DNA from: the human T2T-CHM13v2.0 reference genome, Homo sapiens
Assembly: GCF_009914755.1 (NCBI RefSeq)
Contig: NC_060925.1
Length of the DNA: 64,000 bases
Reading direction: 5' to 3' (one strand)
Within the stretch, counting starts at the first letter, position 1. Every line of letters begins with the position of its first letter. Shown here piece by piece: positions 1 through 13,836 of this stretch. The notes beneath the pieces were generated by a model that was not told the origin of the DNA, did no database searches, and saw only the letters and a program-made list of their open reading frames with translations. A program made the translations under genes and the position numbers.

Positions 1-122
1 TTTGTACAGACGGGGTCTCACTATGTTTACCAGGCTGATCTTGAAGTCCTGGCTTCAAACAATCCTCCCACCTCAGCCTCCCAAAGTGCTGAGATTACAG
101 GTGTGAGCCACTGTGCTCAACC
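1..122 (-). mobile_element. Old Alu (AluJ-like) left arm, cut by the window edge
   Basis: cctcccaaagtgctgagattacaggtgtgagcca. Confidence 0.85.
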
Positions 123-169
123 TAGTGTGTTTTATTCTAATAATAAATCTGATTTTCCATTTTGCTAGG

Positions 170-530
170 AGTATGTGTGTGTGCATGTATATATATATAT
201 ATGTGTGTGTGTGTGTATTCTATATACTCCATATATAGATATATAAAGGCTCCATATATAGATATAGAGAGAAATATATATATTACTCAGGGAGGTGGGG
301 AGGTAGAAGGGGCAGAATGTAAACAAGCTCAGGGCAAATGTATATATATACATATATATTATATATATACAAATATATATTATATATATGTATATATATA
401 CTATATATTATATATATACAAATATATATTATATATATATGTATATATATTATATATATACAAATATATATTATATATATATATATGTATTACTCTCTCT
501 GTATATCTATATATGGATCCTGTATATATG
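170..530. repeat. (TG)n/(TA)n low-complexity microsatellite cluster
   Basis: Alternating TA/TG tracts; a tacaaatatatattatatatat unit recurs three times between about 368 and 486. Confidence 0.95.
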
Positions 531-1639
531 TATGGCACCTAATAAAAGTTAAGAGACAAGCCAGTGTGCTCTGTAATTCCCAGTGACTGAAGCTCAGCTT
601 TGCCATTTTATTTCTGTTTTACAAGGAATTAGAAAACAAAGAGGTAAAGGTCAAATAATTCCTTGGCAAGACTAGTCAGATGTGACTTTATGGCCAACAT
701 TAACTTTACATGAAATTAAAATGGGAACTTTGCCCCTTCCTTTAAACCACCAGCCTGACAAAGCTCTTCTTAACAATGGTGCTACATTTGGCATCTGAAG
801 ACAAGATCAAAGTGTTTCATAATCTTCTAGCAGAGAGTTGAGTTGAACACGTATTTGAGATGATGAAAAAAGGAACTTAGAGAAAAACAGTGAGAAAATT
901 TTTTTCTTTAAAATTTCTTATTAGAGACACTAATATTGCAATTTATATGTAAGAGAAGAAAAATACCATTTCTCCTAGAGAACTAGGTCTGTTAAAGCAG
1001 TTTATATAGAGAAACTGCAATTTAATACAACTGGAAAAAGTTAGCCTAGCATCTACCACATTTTTTTCAACTCTGTTTACTCAGTTATACAAGTACTTTA
1101 CAGCAAGCAGACCTCTAATTGTGTAGTTCAGTGAATGAGAAATGGGACTTGCTGCGGAATAAATTCTGGGGTGTAACTAAATTACACACCATTTCCCATA
1201 CTTTTTTCTTTCAAATTGCCCATTACTTTAAATGAAAACATGCTTTAGAAAAGAACTGTAACCACTCAAAATTTCTCAAGGACCAGTCTCCCTTCTCCCT
1301 GGTGATAAAATGTACTTATGTTTGTATTTTTCAACATTCTCCTGCTGAAGTTCCAAGGGATTTCAAAACTTCATTCACAGTTTTCCAGTAAAACCTGTAA
1401 AATTCATTTTCAGATCATTGGTTTAGCATGATCCAGCTTCAGCTCCACTTTTAGCAAATGAATCCATCTTCGTTTCTATTCATATGACACCAGGAGCATT
1501 TCTAACGATGCCCCTCCCTGCTCACCATACTCCGTCATCCTGCACTTATGTATCATCTCACGCCAGCCGGGTCAGCCGGAGGAAGGCAGAACATGGGCTT
1601 GGGGAATTGGGAAGCCCGACCCACCAGGGCATCCTGCAC

Positions 1640-1790
1640 AAGTTGCATAAGCTTTCTGAGCTTCAGTTTCCTCATCTGAAAAATGGGAAACATCAAACTT
1701 GCCTACTTCCTAGTTTTTTTCTGAGATCAGATGAGATTGCACATGCTGAAAACACTCTAAGTACTACTGAAATAATAGTTCCAGTAATCA
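1640..1790. mobile_element. MIR fragment
   Basis: cttcagtttcctcatctgaaaaatggg core. Confidence 0.7.
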
Positions 1791-1926
1791 TTTTCTAAAA
1801 TTGTTTAATGTGTGAGGTGTTTTGCTGTTTTTTTAAAAAAAAAAAACAGGTATAAGGAAAGTGCAAAAAAATTCATTTTCAGGTAAAAAGATGAGGAAAT
1901 AGCCTGATCTATTTTTGATTGTTCTT

Positions 1927-2273
<347 letters not shown>

Positions 2274-3193
2274 TAAATTATTATTCCATCCTATTAAGAT
2301 TCTGCCCCTCAATGAAGTGAACCCTTCCAAGAACTTACACGATATTTTTTTGCTCCACCTCTATCCCCACCACTCTGCTATTACTTCCTGTAACCAGAGA
2401 GAAGTCACTAGACCAATTTAAATAGAAATCTAGGAAAATCCTCATATGCTAGCATTTCATGGTTCATGATTCTTCCAGAATTTGAGTTATTCTGTTTAGT
2501 ACTCATTGAGGTAAGAAAAAATTAGAAAAGACTGCTCCTTACATTATCTTAGAGACTAAGGAATCACTTTTAAATCCTTTTTTCTTTTTTCTTTTTTTTT
2601 GCATTTTGAAGTTATCTATGTTCAGTGTCAGAAAAACAAAGTCTCCTTTTTTTGCAGCATTCATTTGTGAATTTTAGAGCAAGAAATTAATCTTAGCTGT
2701 AACATTTTAATGTCAAGTAAGCCCCTTTCTCATAACCCCATTTGAAGTTACACATTTTGCTACCATGAAACACACATGCTGGTTAATACAAACAAGTTAC
2801 TCTGAACTGGGAATACACCCCCAAAATGACCTATTACTTCTTTCTCCTTCTCAGGAGAACTTTAATTTTGTGGCCTCCAAAAGCATTTTTAAAAACCAAA
2901 ACGGTTTAAGGAAGGACGGTGGGCATATCTGAATACATGATTGTCATCTCCAAGAGCAGTAAGAGGATGCTGCTGAGGAAGCAGAGGTTAGTGTCAGAGA
3001 GCTGACTTCAAAGTTCAGCTCACCTCTTGTGCCATGGGAAGCCCAGGCACATCCCCATCCTGTGCTCCCTCAGAATCTCAACTACAAGTTCCTCATCCAT
3101 GAGGTTGCAGTGAGGGTCCAGTGAGATCATATCTGCAAACAGGCTTGCAAGCTGAATTATTTAAATGTCAGCTTCTTATGATGAGGTGATCTG

Positions 3194-3559
3194 TGATATG
3201 GTTTGGCTCTGTGTCCCCACCCAAATCTCATCTTGTAGCTCCCATAATTCCCACATGTTGTGGGAGGGATCTGGTGGGAAATGATTGAATCATGGGGGCG
3301 GGTCTTTCCTATGCTGTTCTCATGATAGTGAATGGGTCTCAGGAGATCTGATGGTTTTAAAAATTGGAGTTCTCTACACAAGCTCTCCTTGCCTGCTGCC
3401 ATCCACATAAGATGTGACTTGCTCCTCCTTCTCTTCCGCCATAATTGTGAGGGTTCTTCAGCCACGTGGGACCATGAGTTCTCCATTAAACCTCTTTCCT
3501 TTGGAAATTGCCCAATCTCAGGTATGTCTTTATCAGCTGTATGAAAACAAACTAACACA
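3194..3559 (+). mobile_element. THE1-family (MaLR) solo LTR
   Basis: Begins TGATATGGTTTGGCTCTGTGTCCCCACCCAAATCTC, ends ...AAACTAACACA; 5-bp TSD atctg/atcta. Confidence 0.92.
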
Positions 3560-4128
3560 ATCTACTGTGGCAATGCCACAGAAATTGGTTCTGTCACCAG
3601 GAGCAGTCACTATGCTGTAATCAAACCCAGTTGAAGAAGATAGTTTCTTAAAATTGGTGAACCCATCTGTGAGACTAAGTTGTTCTATTTTGATCTCCCT
3701 CATTTAAAATTCAATAATTCAAGGAAATGGAAATGACTAGACATGAATATCTTAAGGTGGTGATGATAGGCACCCTGATCCTAAAGGAAAGCACATACAT
3801 ACCCCAATTAGCCACTCTTCATACAAATGATAGTACCAGAACCCAGCCTTGCAAAAGTAGTTTTTTTTTTTTTGCATATACACCTACACAGGGAAATAAG
3901 GTTGAATGTGGGTTCCTTTTGCCCTCCTAATGGGTCTTGATTGACTGGAAGATGAGGGATAGAGACCAAAGCAAGTCTGTAATCCAAATCTGCAGTTTTC
4001 CATAGCCAGTAATCCCACTTTGAAATTTTAAATGTGTCCCTTCAATAGAATTCTAGATTTCTCCTCATCAATTACCAACATATTACCCAATCTATAGCAT
4101 CAAAATGAGGTAGCAACCTGAAATTGTC

Positions 4129-4434
<306 letters not shown>

Positions 4435-5046
4435 TGAAATTGTCTTTTGGTGTTAGTGGGTTTGCTGCAGCTTCTCCCACCTTAACAGTATTAATCACAG
4501 CATTGCAGGCTGTGCCTTGGCGCCCCATACATGTGAGTCTTAAAGGTCACTTAAATCAAATGTGTGACTATATTTATACTCTCTCTCTCTCTCTTTGTCA
4601 GTTCAGAAGATTTAGTATCCCACTTCATGTACCTCAAAACCTAGTTTAATACTATGGAAAGTCACCTATGTCCCGTTGTGCACACAAAGCCTAACTCCAT
4701 AATTCAGACTTAAGGTGACAAAGGGTGGACTAGATGGAGCCTCAACACAGAAAAAGGCCAGAACACAAAGAGGCACCCACAGACACTCAGAGTGGTGGCT
4801 AATGGGTTGAGTCTTCTCAAGTGATGCCTCATTGAAGAGGAAGCTCCAAGGCGACTGAGCATAAACACCTGATCAGACATCTCCTGAATAAGGCTACAGC
4901 CTTTGGTTCCTTGTCCAAGTGACATTCTGAAATTAATGCCTTTCATGCAGAACACACCCAACATTTGAAAAGTAACAAGATTTAGTGCTTACAGGGGCTG
5001 TTTGGTATCTTTTTCACCAAAACCAGAAGTGTTTCCCATTCACCCC

Positions 5047-5048
<2 letters not shown>

Positions 5049-5080
<32 letters not shown>
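5049..5080. repeat. (GT)n microsatellite
   Basis: About 16 GT units. Confidence 0.95.
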
Positions 5081-5083
<3 letters not shown>

Positions 5084-7374
5084 AGATGCCAGATTAATTT
5101 TGTTTACAAAATATTCACATTGGAACCATGAGGTTTATTGAGAGTCCCTGGTTACACCCTCCAATCAAACATCTCATTCACCTGGGCTTTCATGTCAGTG
5201 CACCACATTCCTGGTGAGAGTTGATGACAGTTGCATCTATGTCCCAGCAGCCTGTTCACTATTGATGAATTAATGAAAATAAAGCTGGGGCTCATGTGAA
5301 ACATTTGAGCAAGTGTAATAGAAGGCTGTGAATAATAGCTGTGGATACAAATAGGTCAGACTCAGGAAGCCTGGCAGAGGTCAGATGGGCCCTTTTACAG
5401 TGGGATGCACTGTTTCAGGAATTCACATTAACCACGATCAGACTCCCCAAACATGATAGCCATGTAGAAGAAAGATCTAATACAGCCTAGCCTATAAGGT
5501 GGGTATAAGTCTGATAATCTAACAATAATATTAAAAATTGAGGGAGAGGACTCCATGGTTTCCTCTCAACATTACCTAGATAGATTCAATAGCTGTTTGA
5601 CAAACAATAAGAAGATTTAGATTAAACAATCCTTTTCCAGGAAATACTCTTGAGCCTGTTCTATGCAGCTGCACCTTAGGCAAACTTATTAATTGCTTCA
5701 AATAGGTCCCTGTCTTAAATCCAAAATTCCCTGAGAATTTGGGAACTCCTCAAGGTCCCTGTCTTGAGCAGTAATTGATATTTTTCCCCTAGAAGCAGAG
5801 CCTGAGACAAGAATTCTCATGCAAGTGCATTATTAGGGAGCCCTCTGAGGAGAAGCAGGATAGGGCAGGGGTAAGAGCTAAGCAAAGATGTGGTCCTGGC
5901 TCCATCCTAACTTCAGCCTGAGACCACGGTGAGCTCTGGGGCTCAGCTTGCACCATGGATTCATCCCAGCTTGAGGCAGGGAGCCAGACTGTAGTGGGCC
6001 CTTAGCAGCAGTTCGGTGGCTGGGTGCCTGGCCAGGTGAGCAGAGGAGAGGGGATGCCCCTACACTGATGAGACCAAATGCATAGCAGCCATGCAAAGTG
6101 GTAAAAGAAGTGGTTCTCATCCCATCCTGACGTCACTAAGGACATGACGGCATGGCCATGGGCCCTTCGCATGACCTCTCTGAACATCAGTTTCCTCATC
6201 TGTAAAATGGAAGAGTGGGTGGCAGGATTGGATTAGGTGATCCCTAAATTCCAAGCTCTGAATTGCGGTAATTTCAACAAGGGAAGTGGTGGAGAGGCTT
6301 GTTGAGGAATAATTGATGTTTTTTCTATTCACAGAAGAGAATTCATTAATGTAAATGTGTCCCTGAATGACCACTCTGTTAATAGCTCTTCTCTTACCTG
6401 GAATAGCACTGAATGCACAGGCAACTCTAAGAAGATGAGCAGTAAAATTTCCCTGAAGGCATATATTCTAAACAGGACGGCAAGAATCTGTCTTTAAATA
6501 AAGTGTTTTGAGGGCGGTTTACCTCAAGGGAGTGTTAATACAACCAGACAACCTCATTTAACTGACTCAGGCATCAAAGTGAATTAGAGGCAAGAGGCCA
6601 GCATAAAGCACAAGCCAGAGGCTGTCCCTTCAAAATGGTACAACCTCTGTGGGGAGCAGTTTGGCAAAATTCGATCAAAATTATAAATACATTTACTCTT
6701 TGACCATGCAGTCCCCTCTCTCGAAATTTAGCCTGCAGTATGAAATGATATTTATGCCAATTTACTCACTGTGCCACTTTTTCCAAAAAAAGTTTGAGAC
6801 TGGAAACTACTCACTGATCCATCAATAAAGGACTAATTAAACAACAACAATTATGGTACCACATATACAATAGAATGCTGTGCAACTGATGATATTTGGT
6901 ACTGAGAACATTCTGTACTTATATGGAAATTTCTCCAGGATACATTGATCAGAGAAAAAGCAAGTGGAGGAGCAATGTATTATAGAATAGTATTATATCG
7001 TAAACACATATGCATGTATAATAAAAGTATAATGCTTTTGTATAAGAAGTGGAGATCATAATATCTATTTATGTTCACATGTATCCCTGGATATCTAGAA
7101 GTCATTTTTGTTTGCCTCAAGAAAAATCTGTATAAGTGGTTACCTATGAGGGGTGACAGAGTGGAGAAATGATACAGGTGAAGACATAGGTGAGAGTGAG
7201 AGTTCTCACCTAGTGCCTTTTTATAAAATGTTTTTCTGAATTTTTTTCCAACCACCATGGGCTACTCCATAAGGAATAGAGCATCTGTTTGATTAAATTA
7301 TTTTTTAATGAAAACTTTAAGGTAGGAATCAATAAAAACTGATCACCCCTACTTCCTTTATTTCATGCTTTGGT

Positions 7375-7795
7375 TCGGGGATTGGCAAATTATGGCTAAA
7401 TAGTTGCCCTGTAGGGGCCGGGCACGGTGGCTCATGTCTGTAATCCCAGCACTTTGAAAGGCCGAGGTAGGCAGATCACTTGAGGTCAGGAGTTTGAGAC
7501 CAGCCTGGCCAACATGGTGAAACTCTGTCTCTACTAAAAATACAAAAATTAGCGCAGCACGGTGGTACATGCCTGTATTGCCAGGTACTGGGGAGGCTGA
7601 GGCCCAAGTTGTTTGAACCCGGGAGGTGGAGGTTGCAGTGAGCCGAGACTGCACCACTGCGCTCCAGCCTGGGCAACAGGGTGAGACTATGTCTCAAAAA
7701 AAAAAAAAAATGGTAGTTGCTACAGGGGACATGTTGCTCACAATGATGAAAATAGTTACTATCTGGCCCTTTACAGAAAACTGTTTCCAACCCCA
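7375..7795. mobile_element. MER58-like hAT MITE split by an Alu
   Basis: Terminal inverted-repeat remnants ggggattggcaaa...tttccaacccc and the diagnostic tatctggccctttacagaaaa. Confidence 0.65.
7416..7710 (+). mobile_element. AluS
   Basis: Full dimer with A tail. Confidence 0.92.
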
Positions 7796-7913
7796 GCTTT
7801 AAAATTTGGAGTTACTCATAAAACCGCTGTGATCACACCTACCACTAAGCTTCTGATACCAAAGGATTTTGTCTTCTTGAAGTCAGCCTTCCTGTCCACA
7901 GATAGTTTTTGCA

Positions 7914-7951
<38 letters not shown>

Positions 7952-8223
7952 TGAGATACTGTACTGGTTAAGAAGAGAGCATGTACTTGGGACAGATGAC
8001 CCAGGTTTAATTCTGAGCTCTGTCCCTCACTACCCTGTCACCTTTGGAAAGTTAACTTTTAGAATTCTCAGTGTCTTTGTCTGTAAAATATTGTCCCTCA
8101 TAAAATTGTTTGGAGGTGCCTCCCTCTTACAGTTGTTAGGAAGTTCAAGTAGGCCAGTGTTGCCAAGGAGTTCAGCAAAATACCTGCTGTTATTATTATC
8201 TAATATTGTGATTTTTTTAACAG

Positions 8224-8266
8224 GGTGATGACCAGTTAAATGTATTTGGAGAGGACACTATGGGAG
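8224..8266 (+). CDS. AK5: AK5 coding micro-exon (43 nt, probably exon 9): GDDQLNVFGEDTMG(G)
   Basis: Acceptor ttttttaacag|GGT and donor GAG|gtgagt. The translation matches the AK5 linker as I recall it and joins the next exon in frame (phase 0 to 1). Too short for the ORF track. Confidence 0.93.
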
Positions 8267-8789
8267 GTGAGTTTTCCTTACTGATCAGATCAAAGTTGTC
8301 ATTTTAGTAACTTTGACCATGCCTTTTTAATTAAACATCAACTTAAGAGATAAAATATTAACAGCATCACTTTTTCCTTGGCCAGGGAGCATGATTAAGA
8401 GTAGAACTCTTTGGGTCTTTCCTGCCTCCATCCATGTAAAGAACCAAAGGGGTGCATTGCTAAGTGATGCATTTCTTAACTGCCCAGAGAACATGATTCC
8501 CGAGAGGCTCAGCGAAAAGAGGATGCTCTACTCAAATATCTTTGAAACATGCTTAACACCAACTCCCCACTGGAAGATCCAAGTATATAATAGCATCCAA
8601 AGCTCCCACAAGTCCTGCAGTAAAAAGAGTTGTTAAACTTTAATTCAACATTCATTAAACATAATTGAAACACAAAAATATTTTTCCTGCCTGGTAGTTA
8701 CTATTCCACGTGTACCTTTGGAACTCAACCTACCCTACACCAGGATTATACTGCTTTGTAATTTTTGTCATATTAAAAGTTTTGCAAAT

Positions 8790-9082
8790 GGCCAGGTGCA
8801 GTGGCTCACGCCTGTAATCCCAGCACTTTGGGAGGCCAAGGCGGCCGGATCACTTGAGGTCAGGAATTAAAGACCCTGGCCAATATGGTGAAACCCTGTC
8901 TCTACTAAAAATACAAAAAAATTTAGAAAGGCATGGTGGTGCACACCTGTAATCCCAGCTACTCAGGAGGCTGAGGCAGGAGAATTGCTTGAACCCAGGA
9001 CGATGAGGTTTCAGTGAGCCAAGTTTGCGTCATTGCACTCTTGGCGACAGAGTGAGACTACGTCTCAAAAAAAAAAAAAAAA
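8790..9082 (+). mobile_element. AluS
   Basis: Full dimer; TSD aaagttttgcaaa/aaagtcttgcaaa. Confidence 0.92.
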
Positions 9083-10698
9083 GTCTTGCAAAAAGTAAAA
9101 ATTCCACCCATAACTAGCTATGCATGTAACTGAAAATAGATATGATTATGTGAATTTGGGACTATCCAAAAAAGAAAAGGTTCATAATTGTCCTAAGTAA
9201 AAATACCTTCTAACATATCTACCCTGTAATAAAAGTTATAATATAAGTCATGGAAATATGTTTATAGTATTGATTCTAAACACATATAAGTAAGTGATTT
9301 AGCTTTTTAAATAACCCCAGCTCTAATCCTGCACAGATCCATGAGCACAAGGTGGTGGGTAAAGTGTCATTTGATGATAATGGCAAGAGCAGTATGTGAA
9401 AATCACAGTCACCAAATGACATCTTGGTGATTCATGAGGAGAGGTACAAATATATGAGCCATAACTTAGCTGTCACTTAGCTAAGTGCAAATAATCAACT
9501 TGGTCTCAACTGGATAGGGGATGACTGATTGCCTAAGAAATTTTCTCTTTTATTCTAGTTATAAAATTAACACATACTATAGAAATTTTTTAACGTATAA
9601 AATAAGAGCCATTTAAAACCTTATGACATAAATTATCATGGTTAACATTTTGGTACATTTCATTCCAATGCATTGCCTATATATCTATTTTTACATAGTT
9701 GAGAATGCATGTGTATATATAAGTATCTCCAAATGTTTTGTATATATCACAACATAAACATGTTCCCATGTCATTAAAAACTATATACTTAATTTGTAAT
9801 GACTACATTAGATGAATGTCATGTACCATCATTCATTTTAAAACAACTATTTTTTAAAACTGAAATAGGATACAATCATACCAAAAAAAATCACAATAAT
9901 AACCAGGACCATTTTCCTAGATTGCAAATAGGCTCAGAGTTCCTCAGCTTCGTAAATGTAAACTCACAGGCTAGAGAACCTGAGATGACCATCTGGTCCC
10001 ACATGTTAGGAACACCAGTGTATCTGCCTTTAATAGAAAACTCCAAACAATGTAAGGTGTTTCCTGTCACCATGGGTTATTCTGTAAAGAGACTGGATTT
10101 GATTTAAAAATTCTCTTTGTTTGTTTGTTTTTTGTTGTGGAAACCATATGGTTTCAACGATCCCAAACTTACTTCTATCCTCTGTTTCCAGCTCTTTCTC
10201 CTCTCTTTGTCCCCAACCCAATTCATCATGCCCCATGCTCTCTCTTTCTCTGGTAGAGTTGGGGCTTCACTCAGCTGATTGTGAATTCCTACAAAATGTG
10301 GTATCGTGCATATAAATGAACTACCCCAATTTCACTAAAAAATGTTTCCTGTCAGAATAATGATCTAACTTTCAAAAGTAGTTATCTACAGAAAATATGA
10401 ACTGCTGTTACTCAGATACATTTATTTTAAAAGGAAATTTTATATCACTACCTTAAATGTAAAATAACATTATTTGCTCTAAGTGAAACTATTTTTTAAA
10501 ATATTATTTCCCAGATACTCTACTTGTGTTTTAACCATCTGTATATAAAGGTAGCTTAGCAAATGTTTTAAATGTGAAATAACACCAAACTGAGATAGTT
10601 AGGATGATTTAAAAGTAATTTTTAAAAATAGCTTTCTTTGTGATTCATGCTATTAAATGACGTAAATTTTTGCCACCAAAAGTTGATCGTGCATGTTA

Positions 10699-11044
<346 letters not shown>

Positions 11045-11214
11045 ACTGAAATGGTCATTGGTGCCTACTAATTGTAGCCTATTCACACATTTATTCAACT
11101 TCAAGCTTTTTATCAAATAAAACTACAAGGTTTGGGTTTTTATATAATATGAGTAAAACCAGGGCTTCAGTACAGTTTTTCTTGCCAATAACTTAAGTTA
11201 TTCTTATTTTAAAG

Positions 11215-11259
11215 GTTTCATGGAAGATTTGAGAAAGTGTAAAATTATTTTCATAATTG
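11215..11259 (+). CDS. AK5: AK5 coding micro-exon (45 nt, probably exon 10): (G)FMEDLRKCKIIFII(G)
   Basis: Acceptor ttcttattttaaag|GT and donor TTG|gtgagt. Encodes the hydrophobic beta-strand just before the P-loop; phase 1-1. Confidence 0.93.
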
Positions 11260-11320
11260 GTGAGTAACAGCCCTTGCATTTTCTAACAATACAATTGCTA
11301 ATAATAAGAATTTGGTAGTG

Positions 11321-11648
<328 letters not shown>

Positions 11649-13407
11649 TCATCCTGTTTTGAAGTCTTTTTGGTCAAAATAGTACCCCAAGTTTTCCGGT
11701 TATTTCTTTCACGTATGCAGTTGTATATTGCTTTGGGATTTGTATCTTTTCAGCATGGAAAAAGTAGGGCTTGAAAGAATGTCAAACTTCTGAGTTTAGC
11801 TCTACAATAACAAAGTGCATTAAAAAGGTAAGAGGTTGTCATGTATTAAAATCTAACACACATCTTTTCAGTTTAAACACTGACCCCCTCCTTCCTAAAC
11901 TGAATGCATCAATTGCCTCATGTTCAAATATAGCTCAATAGCCAGATCCTGATTCTATACAGCAAACAGTAAAAACTGTCTAATTTGCTCTTTGCTCTAG
12001 TACAGTGAAACTTATTGATGGATTAATTGTGGGAGAAAATGTGTTTGAGGTTTACCAACATTTTCTGAGCACCCACTATGCTCCAGGTTATCTCAATTAA
12101 TCCTTATACAATCCCATTACCTAGTCTATTCCTATTACATATCTATTACATAGACAAGAAAAATGAGACTCACAAAGGTTAAGGAATTTGTCCAAGATTA
12201 TGAAGCTAATGAGTGTGTGAGGGCCAGATTTCCAGTTTTCCTCATGGAAATAAAGGGAACTAGTTGTGCAGTAGTTAAAAATGCATAAAAAAAGGACAAA
12301 TATTATCCTTTCAAAACTTAGTACTTTTTCCTCTAATCATTCAAGTGCCTCAAAAAATTAGTACACCTACCTGTACATTTTCCAGAAAATGTCTATTTAT
12401 ATTCAGAAATAATGAAAAGGTCCACACCTCCTCAATGAGTGGGAAAAGAATGGTTGTCAACACTACAGAAATATAATCAGATAAACTTAAGACTCTTGCA
12501 AGTTAAGATCAGAGTGCCTCCTTGGAAATCTCTGGGTAAAGTTCTCTCATTGTTAGATGAGGAAACTGAGGCCCAGAGAAGTTAAGGGGTCTGATCACAG
12601 TCATTCAATTAACTGGTATCAGGGAGAGGACCAGGGTCTCTGACTGTAGTTCCTCACTCCAGGCTTCTCCCTCCTCTGCCATTCAGTTGTGTTGGTTGTT
12701 AACCTGAACGCAAGCTGTCTCACACATTCAGCCATCTGACACATGCTTATTGACTGTTGGACCCCTGCTGGGCAGTGAGGAGTCACAGAGCTGCCATCTT
12801 AGATGAAGAGAATAATGGATATATCATTAACCTTGAAAAGTATTAGGAAGGAACCAAAGAGCTGAAATAGGGAACAACCTGGGTCAAGTGTTTGGAGTAA
12901 AATTAGGTGATTACTTTAGAGAGGGTGACCAGGGAAGGCTTCCCTAAGAATGTAACATTTAAGCAGAGAGATAAAAGGAGAGATGGGCCCAGTGAAGGGA
13001 TGAATGGGAGGTGAGAGGAGGCAAAGAGAACAGTATGTGTCAAGCAGTGGGAATTCTTGAGACCTACCTTAGTTCCAGTTGTCATCTGCTTACCTCTAGC
13101 TGACCTTAACTGTGGAAACTGGATGGACTCTTCCCACACTTATTTTACGTTTTTTTCAGAAAGTAAAACTATATATTGCTTATATCTCTTATTGAAGAGT
13201 AACCCAATGTCATAATTGCAAAGGAAAATTAGTTGTGCTATAGATTACTAAAATTCCCTTTTCCACATAAGTTTTAATAATCAATTTTCCTGGCATCCAG
13301 ACCATACACAGAGTCTTATATTTTCTATTCAATCTTTATATTAGGAGCCAAGTTAGGAAAAGGGGAGACCCTTTAAACTTGACAGCTAGGAATTCACAGT
13401 AGGAGCC

Positions 13408-13836
13408 TGTATTAGTCAGCGTTCTCTAGAGGGACAGAACTAATAGAATACATATATACATATAGGAATTTATTAAGTATTAACTTACGTGATCACAAGG
13501 TCCCACAACAGGCTGTCTGCAAGCTCAGGAGCAAGGAGAGCCAGTCCGAGTCGCAAAACTGAAGAACTTGGAGTTTGAGGGTAGGAAGCATCCAGCATGG
13601 GGGAAACATGCAGGCTGAGACGGTAGGCCAGTCTCTCCTTTTCACATGTTTCTGCCTGCTTTATATTTGCTGGCAGCTGATTAGATTGTGCCCACCAGAT
13701 TAAGAGTGGATCTGCCTTCCTCAGACCACTGACTCAAATGTTAATCCCTTTTGGCAACAGCCTCACAGACACACCCAGGATCAATACTTTGTATCCTTCA
13801 ATCCAATCAAGTCCACACTCAGTATTAACCATCACA
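13408..13836 (-). mobile_element. MLT2A-type (ERVL) solo LTR
   Basis: Reverse complement starts TGTGATGGTTAATACTGAGTGT; perfect 5-bp TSD GAGCC. Confidence 0.9.

Noticed and set aside
162-586. Tyr/Ile-rich ORFs
   Set aside because: Translation of TA repeats, which lack stop codons in these frames.
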